This document shows, piece by piece, positions 1-13,430 of a DNA stretch of 64,000 nt. The notes beneath the pieces are model-generated. The model was not told where the DNA came from, did not search any database, and saw only the letters and a program-made list of their open reading frames with translations. Source of the DNA: Epiperipatus broadwayi (lineage: Eukaryota > Animalia > Onychophora). The DNA is taken from NCBI GenBank assembly GCA_028023455.1, contig JAQFVV010000009.1:8804001-8868000 (forward strand), given 5' to 3'. The translations under genes were made by a program, and so were the position numbers. Every line of letters begins with the position of its first letter. The first letter of the stretch is position 1.

Positions 1-348
1 TGTATCGAATCCAAACCGAAAAAAAAAAAAAGACGTCTAAAAAAAAAGCAGTAGATTTAGAGTGGAACCCCCCCGGCGTATGTCAAAAATGATGTACTTT
101 TGAGATCCAACAAAAAGGTTAAAGTGTCCATTATAGTTTTAAATTTATCAAATGAAAACCAAAAAAAAAAATAATTATGTCCAAAACAACAACAATCTAT
201 TAAAAGGGAGAAAAAATTACAGCCGTATGTCAAAATACGATTTATTAGATTAAAAAAAAAAATCTAGCGGCCCGGTAATGTTATATCGCTCTGTTTTTAA
301 CTAGAAACAGCGCCACCAAAGGCTGCAAGTTAATACTTTACAAATACC
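1..348 (+). mobile_element. Right end of a Merlin-family DNA transposon, truncated by the window edge
   Basis: Subterminal sequence (aatgttatatcgctctgtttttaactagaaacagcgccacc) matches the right ends of the elements at 539-1818 and 13431-15126. The terminus reverse-complements to GGTATTTGTAAAGTATTAAC, similar to the GGTAATAGTAAGTATACTAAAC TIR of the 51109-53011 element. Confidence 0.6.
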
Positions 349-538
349 AGACATAATCACAGGGATTATTATATATCATCTTTATTTGATTTGAGCTGAA
401 TATTTTCTGAGTAAATAAACAATGTTTTATATATCTATAATAATTTGGTAGTTATTCATTCAGTAAGTGTTTTCAAAAATTAAATGCTTTCTCAAAATTA
501 TAATGATAGTCATTTGATGACATATTGTTATGATAGAA

Positions 539-1818
539 TGTTGTGTTCTGATCTATCTTGACAGCGCTATTTTTAGCTAAATTGCTAGAAATATGCTGGT
601 TCTGGGCCGCAGTTAAGCATATAGCTTTCTTTCTACAGTAAAACACAGAAATAGTCAGTTTACTCGACTGCCAGCTACAGCTGTGGCTTTTTTCTATGCT
701 AAAAGCACAGAAAAATGCCTTCATTGGCTGCCATAGTTTGCTGTGTTATGTATTTTATCGTAATGCTGGGTTCTATATTTTCGCTACAGTATCTGTGATG
801 GTGTGTTGACTGCATTGGGTCTAAATAATTTAACTTTTCAGGTCGACCTTTTTTTGTTTCATGTGAACTGACCTACTGGTGCCTTCTAACATTTTTAACA
901 GTGTCATCACTGTTCCATCAGGACTGTGTTAGCATTATAAATTGGATTTTAGAGTGGGGCATAACACTATTTCGAAAAGCACGATGAAAGTAATGTATTG
1001 TGAGAAATCGTCCGAGACAGGGAAGATGGCTGCTTCCAACTCTCAAAATTGCCAGACACCGGAATCGGATTTCATCATAATAGTTTGTTAAAATTATTAA
1101 TAACTTTATTTGGTAAATTGCAATTGAATTTACTTCCCCCACCCCAAAACGCAGTGTCTGATTAATTACTGTCCAAAAAAGGGTAAAATGTGATTAAATT
1201 TTTTCTTGAAAAACTACCGTAACTTTTCCGATACGTAAAAAAAACAAACCAAACAAGCCCATCTCTGATTAATTAATGTTCAAAAGTCTCCGCTATATTT
1301 ACTATTATTTATTTAAAAAGTAACGTAATTTTATATATACACGCACAAAAAGAGTGCAATATAATTTAATTCCACCCCACCCCCCAAAACATGGTGTCTG
1401 ATTAATTACTGTCCAGAAAAGGGGGGGGGGTAAAATGTAATTTAATTTTGTATTTAAAAAGTACTGTAACTTTTCAGATACGCAAAATAACAAAAAAAAA
1501 AGAAGAAACCCATATCTGATTAATTATTTTTTCAAAAAGATCAAAGTCGGCTTTGTCCAAAAAAGTCTCCAATGTACTATTTTTTGCTATTGCAAAGTGA
1601 TGTACTGTTTTATTAACACCCACCCACACACAAAAAAGCCAGTCTGATTAATTACTGTCCCAAAAAGTCTGCTTACATTTTTATATTTTGTTTTAATTTT
1701 TTTTTTTAATTTTATGGACATTGTAGTTGTATAGAATGGCTGGCCTGGGAATGTTATATCAATGTGTTTTTTGCTTAGCATCAATGCCATCAAGCAACTG
1801 ACATGATAGAACACAACC
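539..1818 (+). mobile_element. Non-autonomous Merlin-family deletion derivative
   Basis: Termini (t)GTTGTGTTCTGATC and GAT-AGAACACAACC. Left and right subterminal sequences are homologous to 13431-15126. Five internal tctgattaatta-containing repeats lie at about 1150-1660. No TSD is recognisable. Confidence 0.75.
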
Positions 1819-3358
1819 AAATTTTATTTTTTGAAGAAATGGATTACTAATAGATTTTTGATAAACTTTGAATTACTATATTAACAGCTATAAAATAACT
1901 TACTTAGAATTTTTATTATCCCAGCTCAGCTCCACAGTGATTAAATAAATAAAAACTATTTTAGCTGTTTTATATTGGCTATTTTGAAAGTATACTAGTG
2001 AACATTCAACTAGCATTTTTTAGCTACACAATCCTTATAAAATTTTAATTACGGTCTTATGTAACATTAACATATAATTTATTTTAAATATTTAAAATGT
2101 TTGTATGCATTATGTTGTTACTGTTAAACTTAATAAGTCACAAAACGCATGATCATCTGCAACAAATATCATTTCTTTTTTAATAAAGAATATATTAAAC
2201 CAAGCAATAATTTTTGTATATAAATTATAAATTAATTTTTAAAATAATCCACTTTTCGGTTAAAATAAATTTTATTGAAATAATTTATTATTATAATTAT
2301 ATGATTTGAAAGCACATACAAAGATCTCTTACAAACTTATGTAATGTGCAAATTTAATATCATACAGTTTGAAGATAAAGATATATAGTTGCAGTTTTTT
2401 AATTTTGTTTCATTTTTAAACTGCAGTTCTTCAAATTTGATAATTTTCCTTTCTTGCTTCAATGCTGCTTTTTTAATAACTAGCTTTATATTGAGCAACT
2501 ATTGTCAAATAATAAAACAAAACGATTCAGAACAAAAGATTTTTCATGTTGCAACTCTTACTCCTGCCCCCCCCCCCCTTTTTTTTTGAGATCTATAAAT
2601 GTAAAAATCTAAGAATTTTATATATATATTGTTAAAATTTTTAAAGATTTAAAAACAAATACTTGTAAATGGAATTAATTGTTCTTATATCCCCTCCTTT
2701 TTATGGTATAAAATTTTTGCAGATGAGCTCACCTGTCTACAAATTTTAATTATAATAACCAATATTATCTGAATTATATCTTTTCAAATATAACATTTTT
2801 AAGTATTGGCCAATTTGAGTATTAGTCGATTTTATGGAAGCCAGACCAGTTATTGACCAATTTTAGTATTAGTCTTGATGCAAGAAAGAATGACTGCCAA
2901 AAATTGATTTATTTTTTTTAATATTTCCAGCAAAAATTTTGTTTGTACATTTTTATTTTTAATCTATTTTTATTTTAAATATGTTTTGATAAATGTTTAT
3001 TAGGAAAAGCATCCCCTAAAAAGATACTTTTTTTTAAATTTATGTAATGAAATAATTTGTAATTATTTCTCAAAAAAAGACATTCAAATGTCATAAAGTC
3101 TCCAACTGCAATGCAGTATAGTTAATTTTGAAGTTTTAAAAAATCAAATTTTTCAGTAATATAAATTTCAAATGCCAAATTATATATATAGTCAATTAAA
3201 TTAAATCAATTATATACAAGATTTGAATATACTATATTTGTATATATATATATTGATCTTAATTTACTTTATATAAAGAAAATATATAATAAATTGAATA
3301 AAATGAATTTTAAACCAAAACATTTAAAATTATAAATAAAACACGATTATTAAGTAAT

Positions 3359-5169
3359 CATCATCATCATTGTCAACCATTATCAATCCACTGCAGGATG
3401 AAGGTCTCTCCAAGTTTAATCCATCTTCTCCGATCTTTAGCTTCTCTTCTCCACATCACCCCTGCACACTTTCTTATTTCATCCATCCATCTCACATGTG
3501 GTCTCTTTCTGGGTCTTTTACAATCTCTTGGAATCCAGTTTAAAATTTCAATTGTCCATCTATTATCATCTCTTCTAACAATATGTCCAGCCCAACTCCA
3601 CTTCAATCTTTTAATTTTTTCAATGAGGTCAGTAACACCTGTTTGTTCTCTTACCCATTCGTTGCGTTTATGATCTCTTCTTGTTACTCCCAACATACAT
3701 CTCTCCATACTTCTTTGAGTGGTCTGAAGTCTCTGAATTGCTCTTCTATTAAGTGTCCAAGTCTCAGATCCATAAGTAAGAACTGGTAAAACACATTTGT
3801 TAAAAACCTTCCTTTTCAAACACATAGGCATATTTCCTTTTAGTATCAAGTTATTTCTACCAAAAGCACTCCAACCAAGTTTAATTCTATGATTACTTTT
3901 TCTCCATTATGTTTCCATCTGTATTAATAATCTGACCAAGGTATTTGTAACTGTTAACTTCTTCTAATTCGTCATAATCAATCTTTATTTTCATATTTAG
4001 AGCAAATCGATTAAACATTACTTTAGTCTTTTTAACATTTATCTTTAGTCCTACTTTCATCTGATAATTCCTGCAACATTTCCTGCAGATCTGAAGCATT
4101 ATTTTCAAAAACAACTACATCATCTGCGAAATCTAAATGACTTAAATAATCACCATTTACTTTCACTCCTTTAGTTTCCCATTTTAATCCACAAAATACT
4201 TCATGCAGCACTGCTGTAAAAAGTTTTGGAGATATGGAGTCACCTTGTCTTACACCTTTCTCAATGTTGACTTTCCCAGTGTCATTATGTAATCTAATTG
4301 TTGCTGTTGCATTTTTATAAATATTCTTTAAAATATGACAATATCCTGGATCTATACCTTGATGATCTAATGCTTTAATCACTGAAGAAATGTTTATAGA
4401 CTCAAATGCCTTTTCATAATCTACAAATCCTAAGCATAATGGCAACTCATATTCATTTGTCCTTTCTATAACTTCTCTCAATACCTGGATATGATCTACT
4501 GTACTAAAACCACTTTTAAATCCAGCTTGTTCTCTTGGTTGGTGGAAATCCAATGTTCTCTGTAGACGAGTAGTAATTATCTTGGTAAAAATTTTATATA
4601 AAACTGATAAAAGGCTGATAGGTCTGTAATTTCTAATATCTTCTTTATCACCTTTTTTAAATATTAATATTATTACTGCATTCTTCCAATCATCCGGTAC
4701 ATCTTTATCATTTAGACATTTGGTATATAACTTTGCTAAAATTTTTTCTATTTCTTCACCTGCTTCTTTTAATATATCAATTATAATTCCATCATTACCT
4801 GGAGCCTTTCCTTTCTTCATACATTTAATTGCATGTCTCACTTCTTCATTTAAAATTCTGGGCAATTTGGAAGATGTAATAGATATAGGAGGTACTTGTT
4901 CTTTATTACTATATAATTCTTGATAAAAATCTTCTACCAATTTCATGATGTCATCTCTCCTTTTAGTAATAATTCCATCTTTTTTTCTTATTGCAGATAT
5001 AAATTTCCTACCAATACCAAAATGTTGTTTTACATTCTTAAGACTTTTATTTTCTTCTATAGCTTTCCTTGCTAGTTCACAGTTATACTTTCTTATATCA
5101 TTTTCAACTCTTTTCAGCACCATTTTACAAAATTCGAGATATTCAATTCTTTTTAATGCATCATTTTTG
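3359..5169 (-). mobile_element. 5'-truncated RTE-clade LINE with a frameshifted reverse transcriptase
   Basis: ORFs 4032-5123, 3893-4114 and 3373-3849 give RT motifs (KAPGNDG, NYRPISLL, EQAGFKSG, GVRQGDSISPKLF, FADD) and an RTE-type C-terminus (VLTYGSETW, WSWAGHIVRRDDNRW). The 3' tail is (ATG)n. An 8-bp direct repeat TAAGTAAT at 3351-3358 and 5170-5177 is the TSD. Confidence 0.93.
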
Positions 5170-7949
5170 TAAGTAATATATTAAATTATATACTTAATTA
5201 AACTCTCCTATTTACGGGGGGGGGGGTGTTGACTTGAAGCCAGTTAAGATTACCTTTTTCCTAATAAAATCAAAAAAATTTGTAGTTAGAACTTAAAAAA
5301 TTTGGAGAATTGTCAAGATTTCTATTGAGACTATTAAGAAAGTGCCATCTTAACAATAATAAATTATATAAAATAGCCGGAAAAAGTCAAAGATTTGTAA
5401 AAATATATACACCTTCAATGTCATTTTCAATAATTATTAAAAGTCTTAATTGGAAAATGTTAGGATTCAACATAAATGAGCTTGTGTAAATCAATTTATA
5501 AATGGTTATTATTTTTTCCAATATTGAGTAGTTTGTAATCAGAAATTTCTGAACTATATTGGGCTATTTAAAAAAAAAAAATCTCATATTTTATAAAACT
5601 AATGTTCAACAAATTATGTACTACTTAAATACATTATAAATAATTGAAAAGTCATGATTGTACTCTTTGGAGTGAAGGGGTAAGGTCTAATGTTATATTA
5701 AAAAAAAACAACAACTTATGATCGAAAAATTTAATTTATCTAGCTTCTTTTCTTTTATATAGTTTGTGAAAAATGAATTTTAATTAAATTCTAAAATCCA
5801 TAATATAAGAATTGCAAATTTCTCAACTGTATTAGAAATGACAGGGAATAGTATAATAAGCAATAAATGAATGCAATCTCAGATGAGATCTCACATTGAT
5901 ATCAAGAAATTGTTTTATCTAATAGACTAAAGCAATTTTTGGTTGGATAAGGTTTTCATGGACAATATTGAAGAATTCTTTTTTTTATTTTTTATCTATC
6001 AATGATTGATTACATTGTTTGACTTCAATCAATAAATATTTTTTTGTTTCTTTGCTTGTTAAGAAATTGATAATGTTTCTTATATTTGATTCAAAATTGT
6101 GCTCAATTTTGATAGCTAAATTTGTATATTGGCAGGTAGGGATCTGCAATATTTGTGATTTATGGTATATTAACTAAAGCTACTGTTTGCATTTATTCTA
6201 CAAATGCAAATACAGCAAAGCAGTAATTATATGCCTTTTGAGTGTATTATCTGTTTTCATTTCATTAAAACTGCAATATTTATATGTTCACACACAAAAA
6301 AAGTTGCCTTTAGAAAACCAAGAAAACTAAATTAATGTTCAAAAACAGGCTAGAAAACATTTTCTTTCATTGTGAATTGATTTTTTGAGAATACCAAATA
6401 GAAACAACCGGAAAAAAGATGAATTTAATTCAAATATTAAAAATTGGAATACTATTAATCATTTCAATACTGGATCTCTTCCAGAATTTTAATTGCATTA
6501 AAATATTTAACTGTGATGTCGTTATTGACATTTGACTCCAAAATGAACTATAAGTTATAATATTTATATATTATTAAATTAATTTACCTATTAATTATTT
6601 TATTTTAATTAATTTTATTTAAAATAATACAGTATTTGAATAAAATAATAACTAAAATAATCTAAACAATAATAATTACAGTAATTGCAAAATTTATTAA
6701 CACTTAATTGTATTAAAATCTGATTACTTGCATCATTTCCAAATCACATTTATAACAATATCAGTACTCCTCATATAATTAGTAACATATGTATAGTTTT
6801 TTGAGATTAATTCACTGAAATATTTGATGATAAAATAAATTCTGAAAAGGAAAGGAGCCTGCTAGTAGTGGCACTATTAATGATATAAAATTTTGTAGAT
6901 TGCTTCTATTATTGAAACATTGACTGAAATTAATATTTTTAATTTTTATATTTTAATCTATTTATATTTAGCTTTTATTATATAATTTATAAATTAAAAT
7001 GAAGTAAAACAATTAGAAAATTAAATATATAAATGTTAGGACATTTAAGCGAGAAAAGGTACATACATTTGAATAACAATCAATAAATTTAAATTAATTT
7101 AAATACAAAAATAGCCAGCTAAGTACACACAAAAACAATCCATAATAAACTTAAAAGAGCTATGATTATGATATTTACTGTATTGAAAGCATGCTTAGCG
7201 TGAATAAAAACTAAAATTTATAAACATTGGTCTATCTTTTTTGGTTTAAATGTTAGGACACATTTGTATATTTAACATTACAATTCTCCAGAAAAAGGAT
7301 AATAATTCTAGTTATTGAACAATGAGAATATTAAAACTGCATAAAAACTTATATAGTAACATATTTTTTATTGTATACGTTTTTTTTTTTTTTTGTAAAA
7401 TACAATTATTTCTATATATTATGTGAATTAATATTGGAAATAAAAAATATTAAATTTCAGTGAATTCCATTTAAAAAAATGTTACAACATTAAAACATTG
7501 CAATAGAAATAAATCTAATTGAAAGAAAGATAGAAAATTGTTATAGAAATGAATGATAAAGTAACACATTACTATTTTTTTTTATTGTATTTTGTTCTGA
7601 TTTGCAATGTATTTTTAATTATTTATAAAATATTCAATTTTGTAATGTTTATGATTTTTTTATTTTAATTCATAGCAACCTTTTATTTTTATTTTTTGCT
7701 CATTTCTATTGTTTATAATTCACAGTGGAAGCTGCTGAAATGAATTAATTGGTTCTACAATGTCATTCATTATATCCGTTTTTGTTGTAATTTACTTTAA
7801 AATTAATCTAATTAGGGATAATCCATTCCTGACCTATGTCCAAGAATAAAATAGCTATCCAAAACAATCATTTAAGCGGCAAAATTAAAAATACATAAAA
7901 TGAATTGTACAATTAATATTCATCTTTTAAAATTATAAAATCATAATAT

Positions 7950-8800
7950 TCAGTAGCAGTTCATCTATGCAATCCAGTTCTTTTCCAGAATCTGTGAACT
8001 TTGTTTAAATGTTAATAAATTCCTTCACAGGAACAGTACTTGTACTAGAAGACAGCAAAAAATTATTTGAACAATTGCTTAACATTTTGCAAATGATTGT
8101 GTCATTGATGCTATTTCTTCAATTTACTTTTGATTATTCCACATTAGTAAGAAGAGTTTTCATTTGTAAATTCCAGATAGAAGCAAGATAATTTTTAATT
8201 ACAGGAATGTAGATTTCATTAGTAGACTTGGTTTATATTGACTCTGAGGGAAAATGATATAAATTTGCCAGTATTAATGAAACCAAATACATAAGTAGAG
8301 ATTTAGAAAGAGTTGAAAGAAAGAGGGTAGGGCTAATTTATATTAGAAGATTTGTAAATGATGCATATGTAAAATCATTTAAATTATCTTCAATTGATAT
8401 TATTTTGTTTTACAAGTTAATGTGACACAAAATAGCTGTACCATCTTTAGAATGCATTATATCAGTAAAAAAGCTAAATCCAGGAATTTTAAGAAAATCT
8501 TTATTAGATGAATGACGAATCTGAAGTGAAATTACATCAATGTACTGATCAAATAATTTATAGTTCTTTACTTTTTTATTTTGACATCTTTAATGTTAAG
8601 TTGAGATAATTATTTTGTTTTCCTAGATATTTTTATAAATCTTGAAATAATATTTTAATTATTTTACTTGTTATACAATATCAATAGTGATTAGATTCTA
8701 ATACTTAATTTCATCATTATTAAAAAAAAAAAGAAATTGGTAATATTGTTATTGAAGAAGGTTCAAGCAATGATAAACTATTTATGATGACTAAGTGTAA
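7950..8800 (-). mobile_element. Decayed APE endonuclease fragment of a LINE (L1/Tx1-like); RT remnants probably continue towards 5.3 kb
   Basis: The minus strand at about 8423-8538 reads DVISLQIRHSSNKDFLKIPGFSFFTDIMHSKDGTAI, an APE DII.LQET / L.IPGF..D..GG.A pattern. It is homologous to the fragment at about 49185-49285. Confidence 0.55.
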
Positions 8801-9110
8801 TCACTTGATTTTAGTACTCTATTATTTAATTAATCAGATCATTTTTAGTCAGAGTTTAATAAGTCAATTATTTTTTATAGCACGATGTTTTTTATAAACA
8901 ATAATATTTAAACAGATCTTTTCCAATGACTTTATCATGTGGTTGAAGTGTTAGTATTCATTCATTTTATATTTAAAAATCCAAAGCGCATGTGCAACAG
9001 TTTAATGCTGTTTAAATATTATCAGAGTTTAATGTAAAAATTTGAAATATCATTTATGATACCATGTATTTTTTTATATAATGCTTTATTGGCTCTTTTA
9101 TATGTTTCAG

Positions 9111-9297
9111 GTTTCTTACTTCATTTGGATCTCGAGATTATCGTCAAGTGAGCAGAGGCGGTCGAACTAATAACTTCAATCATTATGGCAATATGGGTGT
9201 ATATAATACTCCACCATTTTATAATAATTATAATAATCATGGGGGGTCTTATACTACCAATAGTAGTTATAACCAGACTGATTGGTGGGGAAGTTAA
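9111..9297 (+). CDS. DDX3: Terminal coding exon of a DDX3/belle/PL10 DEAD-box RNA helicase
   Basis: The acceptor tatgtttcag precedes 9111. The exon translates (phase 2) to FLTSFGSRDYRQVSRGGRTNNFNHYGNMGVYNTPPFYNNYNNHGGSYTTNSSYNQTDWWGS*. The FG(A/S)RDYRQ motif, Gly/Asn/Tyr-rich tail and terminal DWW are hallmarks of the DDX3 C-terminus. No upstream exon was found in the window. Confidence 0.9.
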
Positions 9298-11830
9298 AGG
9301 GAAATGGTGGTATTTCGCAGCAGCTCCATGAGTCCCTGTGATAAGCTTGATGTTATGTAGTGGCTGATTGGTTGTTTGAAGGCTGGAAAATACTTGATTT
9401 GCGACGACCAGGAATTTATTTAAAAGAAATGAGAGGGGTAAAGTTTATTTAAACAATTTTTTTTTTTTTTTTTTTATAAAAATAAACAAAAAAAAATACA
9501 TATTTATAAGCAGCTGGTGCCATTGATAATCTTGGCCCACTTCACCTCCTGTGAGAGCTCCAGTCATCTGCCCTAAGCCTCTAAAACTGTTTTCATTTCA
9601 AAAATGGCATTTGCCAAATGACAAAAGGACTTATTTCATTGCTTTTTTTTTTTTATTTCTGATAGATTTATTATTTTATTATCATCCATTATATTTTTTC
9701 TTCTTAAATTTTTATCAGTTTTTTTTTTGTTGTTGTTTTGTTTTTTATGTAGTTAACAGTTTAATTTGTTAAATTTGAATCTGCTTTTCATGTCGCAGCC
9801 TCAAAGGAGCTGTTGCCATTTTTTTTCCTCTTGAAATTTTATGTAATGTTTTTCTTTTCCTTTGTGATTCCAAATTTTCTTGTTAACATAATCTGTTAGT
9901 ACTAGTTAATTGTGACTTCATAGGGAAAGAAGAAAATTTTTGCCGTCCCATCCGAAAAGGTAAAGCGGTCAAATGCTTCTGATTATTCCCCTTCCCATTT
10001 GCCAAAGTGAAACTTTTAATATTTATATAACATATATATATATATATATTCGTGCTTTAATTGTTGAATTATTATTTAATTAAAAAAAATTTTTTTGAAA
10101 AGGGTTTTTCTTTACCTATTATTAGCCTATCTCATTTATTTTAATTTTGTCCTTTTGAAGAGTTGCTAGTGGCAGAATCAGTTGGAAGCAGTAGCCAGCT
10201 GTTGAAGTGTATCCTGGGTATGATATCACGTCGCAATCTGTTCCCAGTGCCATGACTTAGAGGAAAATGGATCACCTCCTGTCACTCTTCTAGCTTGTTG
10301 CTGAACGATCACTTTGGCAAACCGTAATGAAACTTTTTAAGACTTAACAATCAAGCATTCAGTGACACCCCAGACTACCCTTGCATTAAGTCTCTCCTTA
10401 AAACAGACCTATTTTGGATCACATGATCATGTGAATAGAACATTCAGTGCTGCCTTAAAAATTGTTTAGATCATGTATTTTTCTTTATGACCAACGGATT
10501 GGTCATTCCTCAAGTGGGAGCACTCTGTTAAGCATGCATAGCATGTTGTCTTAGCTTTATAATGTTTCCTATTTAGGAGTGCCTACAATAGGTCTACACT
10601 GTGCTGTGTAGATTCAGTAATACTGACTCATCTGAGAGCATATGTTTAAAATGTGGCTCGCAATCACAATGCAGAGACAGAACCCCTTTGTGAATGAAGC
10701 AGTGGCTATTTATGTTTTATGGTTTGTTTTTGATATTTTTAATTTTATAAATGACCAATATTGTGTGGGAAAACAATATTTATTGACCCACTGGTTTATC
10801 TGTTTTTATTCTGTTTTATCATGTGACAATTGGACTCTGGCCAGTAATTTCAGTAAGGAGTCAGTTTATAATTTAAACATTCCAACTTCAAATAGTATTT
10901 AGTTTCGTGGTACACTCCTATTTCTCCTAGTCACATGACTTCTAGTCCTGTATAAAGGAAATAACAAAAGGATTGATCAATTCTTTTGTTTCGAAGAGAA
11001 ATGTCTCTTCAACTCAGAATTTATGCACAAATTTTTGTACCAAAGCTTCATTGTTGGGGTTATTCCATTTTGGGGTTTGGGAATATGAATAATGGGAAGG
11101 GAAATGGGTTGGATTAATTGTTCAAATAGTGGGTTGTAGGGAAGGGGGGATGGATTATTAATGATGGGGAATCATGTAACATTTTGTATGTTGTGCGAGT
11201 GTGTGAGAGAAGACGACTTATGTACATCTTTCTAATAGTTGCCTTTTGAGCAACTTTATTGCTATGTAAATGTTACTTTGTATATTGCATTTCTATTAAG
11301 TGCAAAACTTACCCTATCCCACAGGGAACTCGTAAGGGGGTCTCTGCACGTCATAATGTAATTTATTTTAAAGAAAATGAAAAAAAAAAAAAAGGCAATA
11401 TTCTTATTTTTAATTTATTTTCTTTATTTTTGACTTTAATCAATTTTGAAGACACATTTTATACTCCTAATGTCTTTCTACATGACACAGCCGAGGAGAG
11501 GATTCTAGAAGGGATGGCAAAACCTCATTTTGTAGTGAGTAGTCTTTTTCTTTTCTTTTACCTTCAGGTTGGTATGTGGCTTGTTTGACTAGCAGTGTAG
11601 TAATCTCATCACTAAAATGTGTTGATTTGCTTAAACTTACCAGGAAAATTCACAAAATTTCTCACTTTATTCTCAACTCATAAATGAATATTCAGACAAA
11701 AATATTTTTATGAAATTATCTTTTACAAAATGCATGTGAAAATTTATTTATTTCAGTTGAATACTGTATCATTTCTCTTTGTATTGTAAATGACAAATAA
11801 AAATACTTTTTATTAATATTTTTTGATTAT
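9298..11830 (+). other. Probable long 3' UTR of DDX3
   Basis: This TE-free, GC-richer and more complex sequence follows the stop codon. AATAAA at about 11796 is followed by a T-rich tract. An earlier AATAAA occurs near 9481. Confidence 0.6.
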
Positions 11831-12728
11831 TTGCATTGATATTTCTTTCTGTTTGTTAAGCAAAAAAAAATAAAAATACATGGTTTAAAAAAAGAGAGAG
11901 GGATCAGATAGGATTAAATGTAACAAAATTTGATTCGTTTTTATTTCAAATTTTTCTTGACATTTTAATATTAAATGTGTCATGATAATGAGTATAACAA
12001 ATGTCACTGATTGAAAAGATTAATGAAAATCTTGACCTTTTTTTGTTGTTTTATTTAATTCTCAGTTTTTATTTTTTAAAAAAAAATAATGTAACAATTT
12101 ATTTAATAAAAATTAACAGCAAAAAAATGTCAAAATATGTCTTCCTTTTTTTTTTTGTTATTGTTGTTATTGATATAAATAATTACAAATATTTTTACTT
12201 TCAAATTTATTTGAAAATGTTTTTTACATATGTATTTCAGATTGATGGTTTACTCGCAGAATGAATTACAAAACCCAGAGTAATAAACCATTAATCTTAT
12301 TAAGTGCCGATTTTTAAAATTGAAATGGGAGATTTTTGTTTGCAGAATAGTTATAAATTCTTCCAAAAGTCATTTAAAATTATATAACATTTGTGAAAAT
12401 AAGTATTTTATAAATTTGTCTAAAATTTTGTGATGATGGCATTTTATTTTATTATATATCATACTTTTCATTTTTTTAAGAAAAATTCATTTCTTATTTA
12501 TATTTTGCACTACATTTAATTGTTAATAATAACTAGTAAATCTATATAAAACACAACATTTTGAGTAGCATTTTACTTTTATAAAGTATTCCTATACTGG
12601 TATTGTCACTAATCAGTCACAATGCTAGCATAGGATTTGAAATGATAATCTGTTTACATTAATGAATATCAATTTTAAAATGATACTGTAACCAACTAGG
12701 TTATAATTTATAATCTTAAATTCAATAT

Positions 12729-12787
12729 TCATGAATCTAAAGTTACTGGTTCAATCCTTGCACTAGTACTGAACATACTAACAACAT
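12729..12787 (-). CDS. Possible terminal coding exon of an unidentified gene convergent with DDX3
   Basis: A strong minus-strand acceptor (ttttctttttcttcag) is followed by an open frame (D)VVSMFSTSARIEPVTLDS*. An alternative frame, MLLVCSVLVQGLNQ*, cannot be excluded. No upstream exon was identified. Confidence 0.4.
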
Positions 12788-13430
12788 CTGAAGAAAAAGA
12801 AAAATACTACTTAAAAAACTTTTATATACTGGTATATAAAATTTAAATACATTTGGAAAAAATATAAATAAAGCTTGAATTTTTCTAAAAAAAAATTAAC
12901 AATTTCAACTAATTTTTATACAAGGTGTTATTTATTAAATAGCGGATATTCTCTTGGTATATGATGATTTCAATAAGCACAATTCTTAAAAAAATTGCTT
13001 TTGAACTTTAAATTCTCCATCAGTTGAAATTGAAAATTAAGCAACAGTAAATAAGATTAAATATTCAAATATTTATTGTATTAATTGTTAAAAAAGAGAT
13101 CAAGAAGGTTATTATATTGGTGATATTAAATTATACTTTTAAATAAATAAATGTTCATACACATCATCTTCTTTACTTATTATATATTAAATATTTCAAA
13201 CATTACTGCACATGTTAAGATTATAAGTTTATATTTGCAATCAATAAAATTGTTTACACATTTTTTTCCAAGCTTGATTATTTTTGAATTAAATATTTTA
13301 AAACTAAAACTTTTTGGATAGCATAAAACTCAAATAATTCCACCTTCAATTCCCAAAAATATCATTGGAAAGTTTAATGGATATGGGTAAACTTTGACAT
13401 TTTAAAAATTAATTTCAACTTCGTTTAGAT

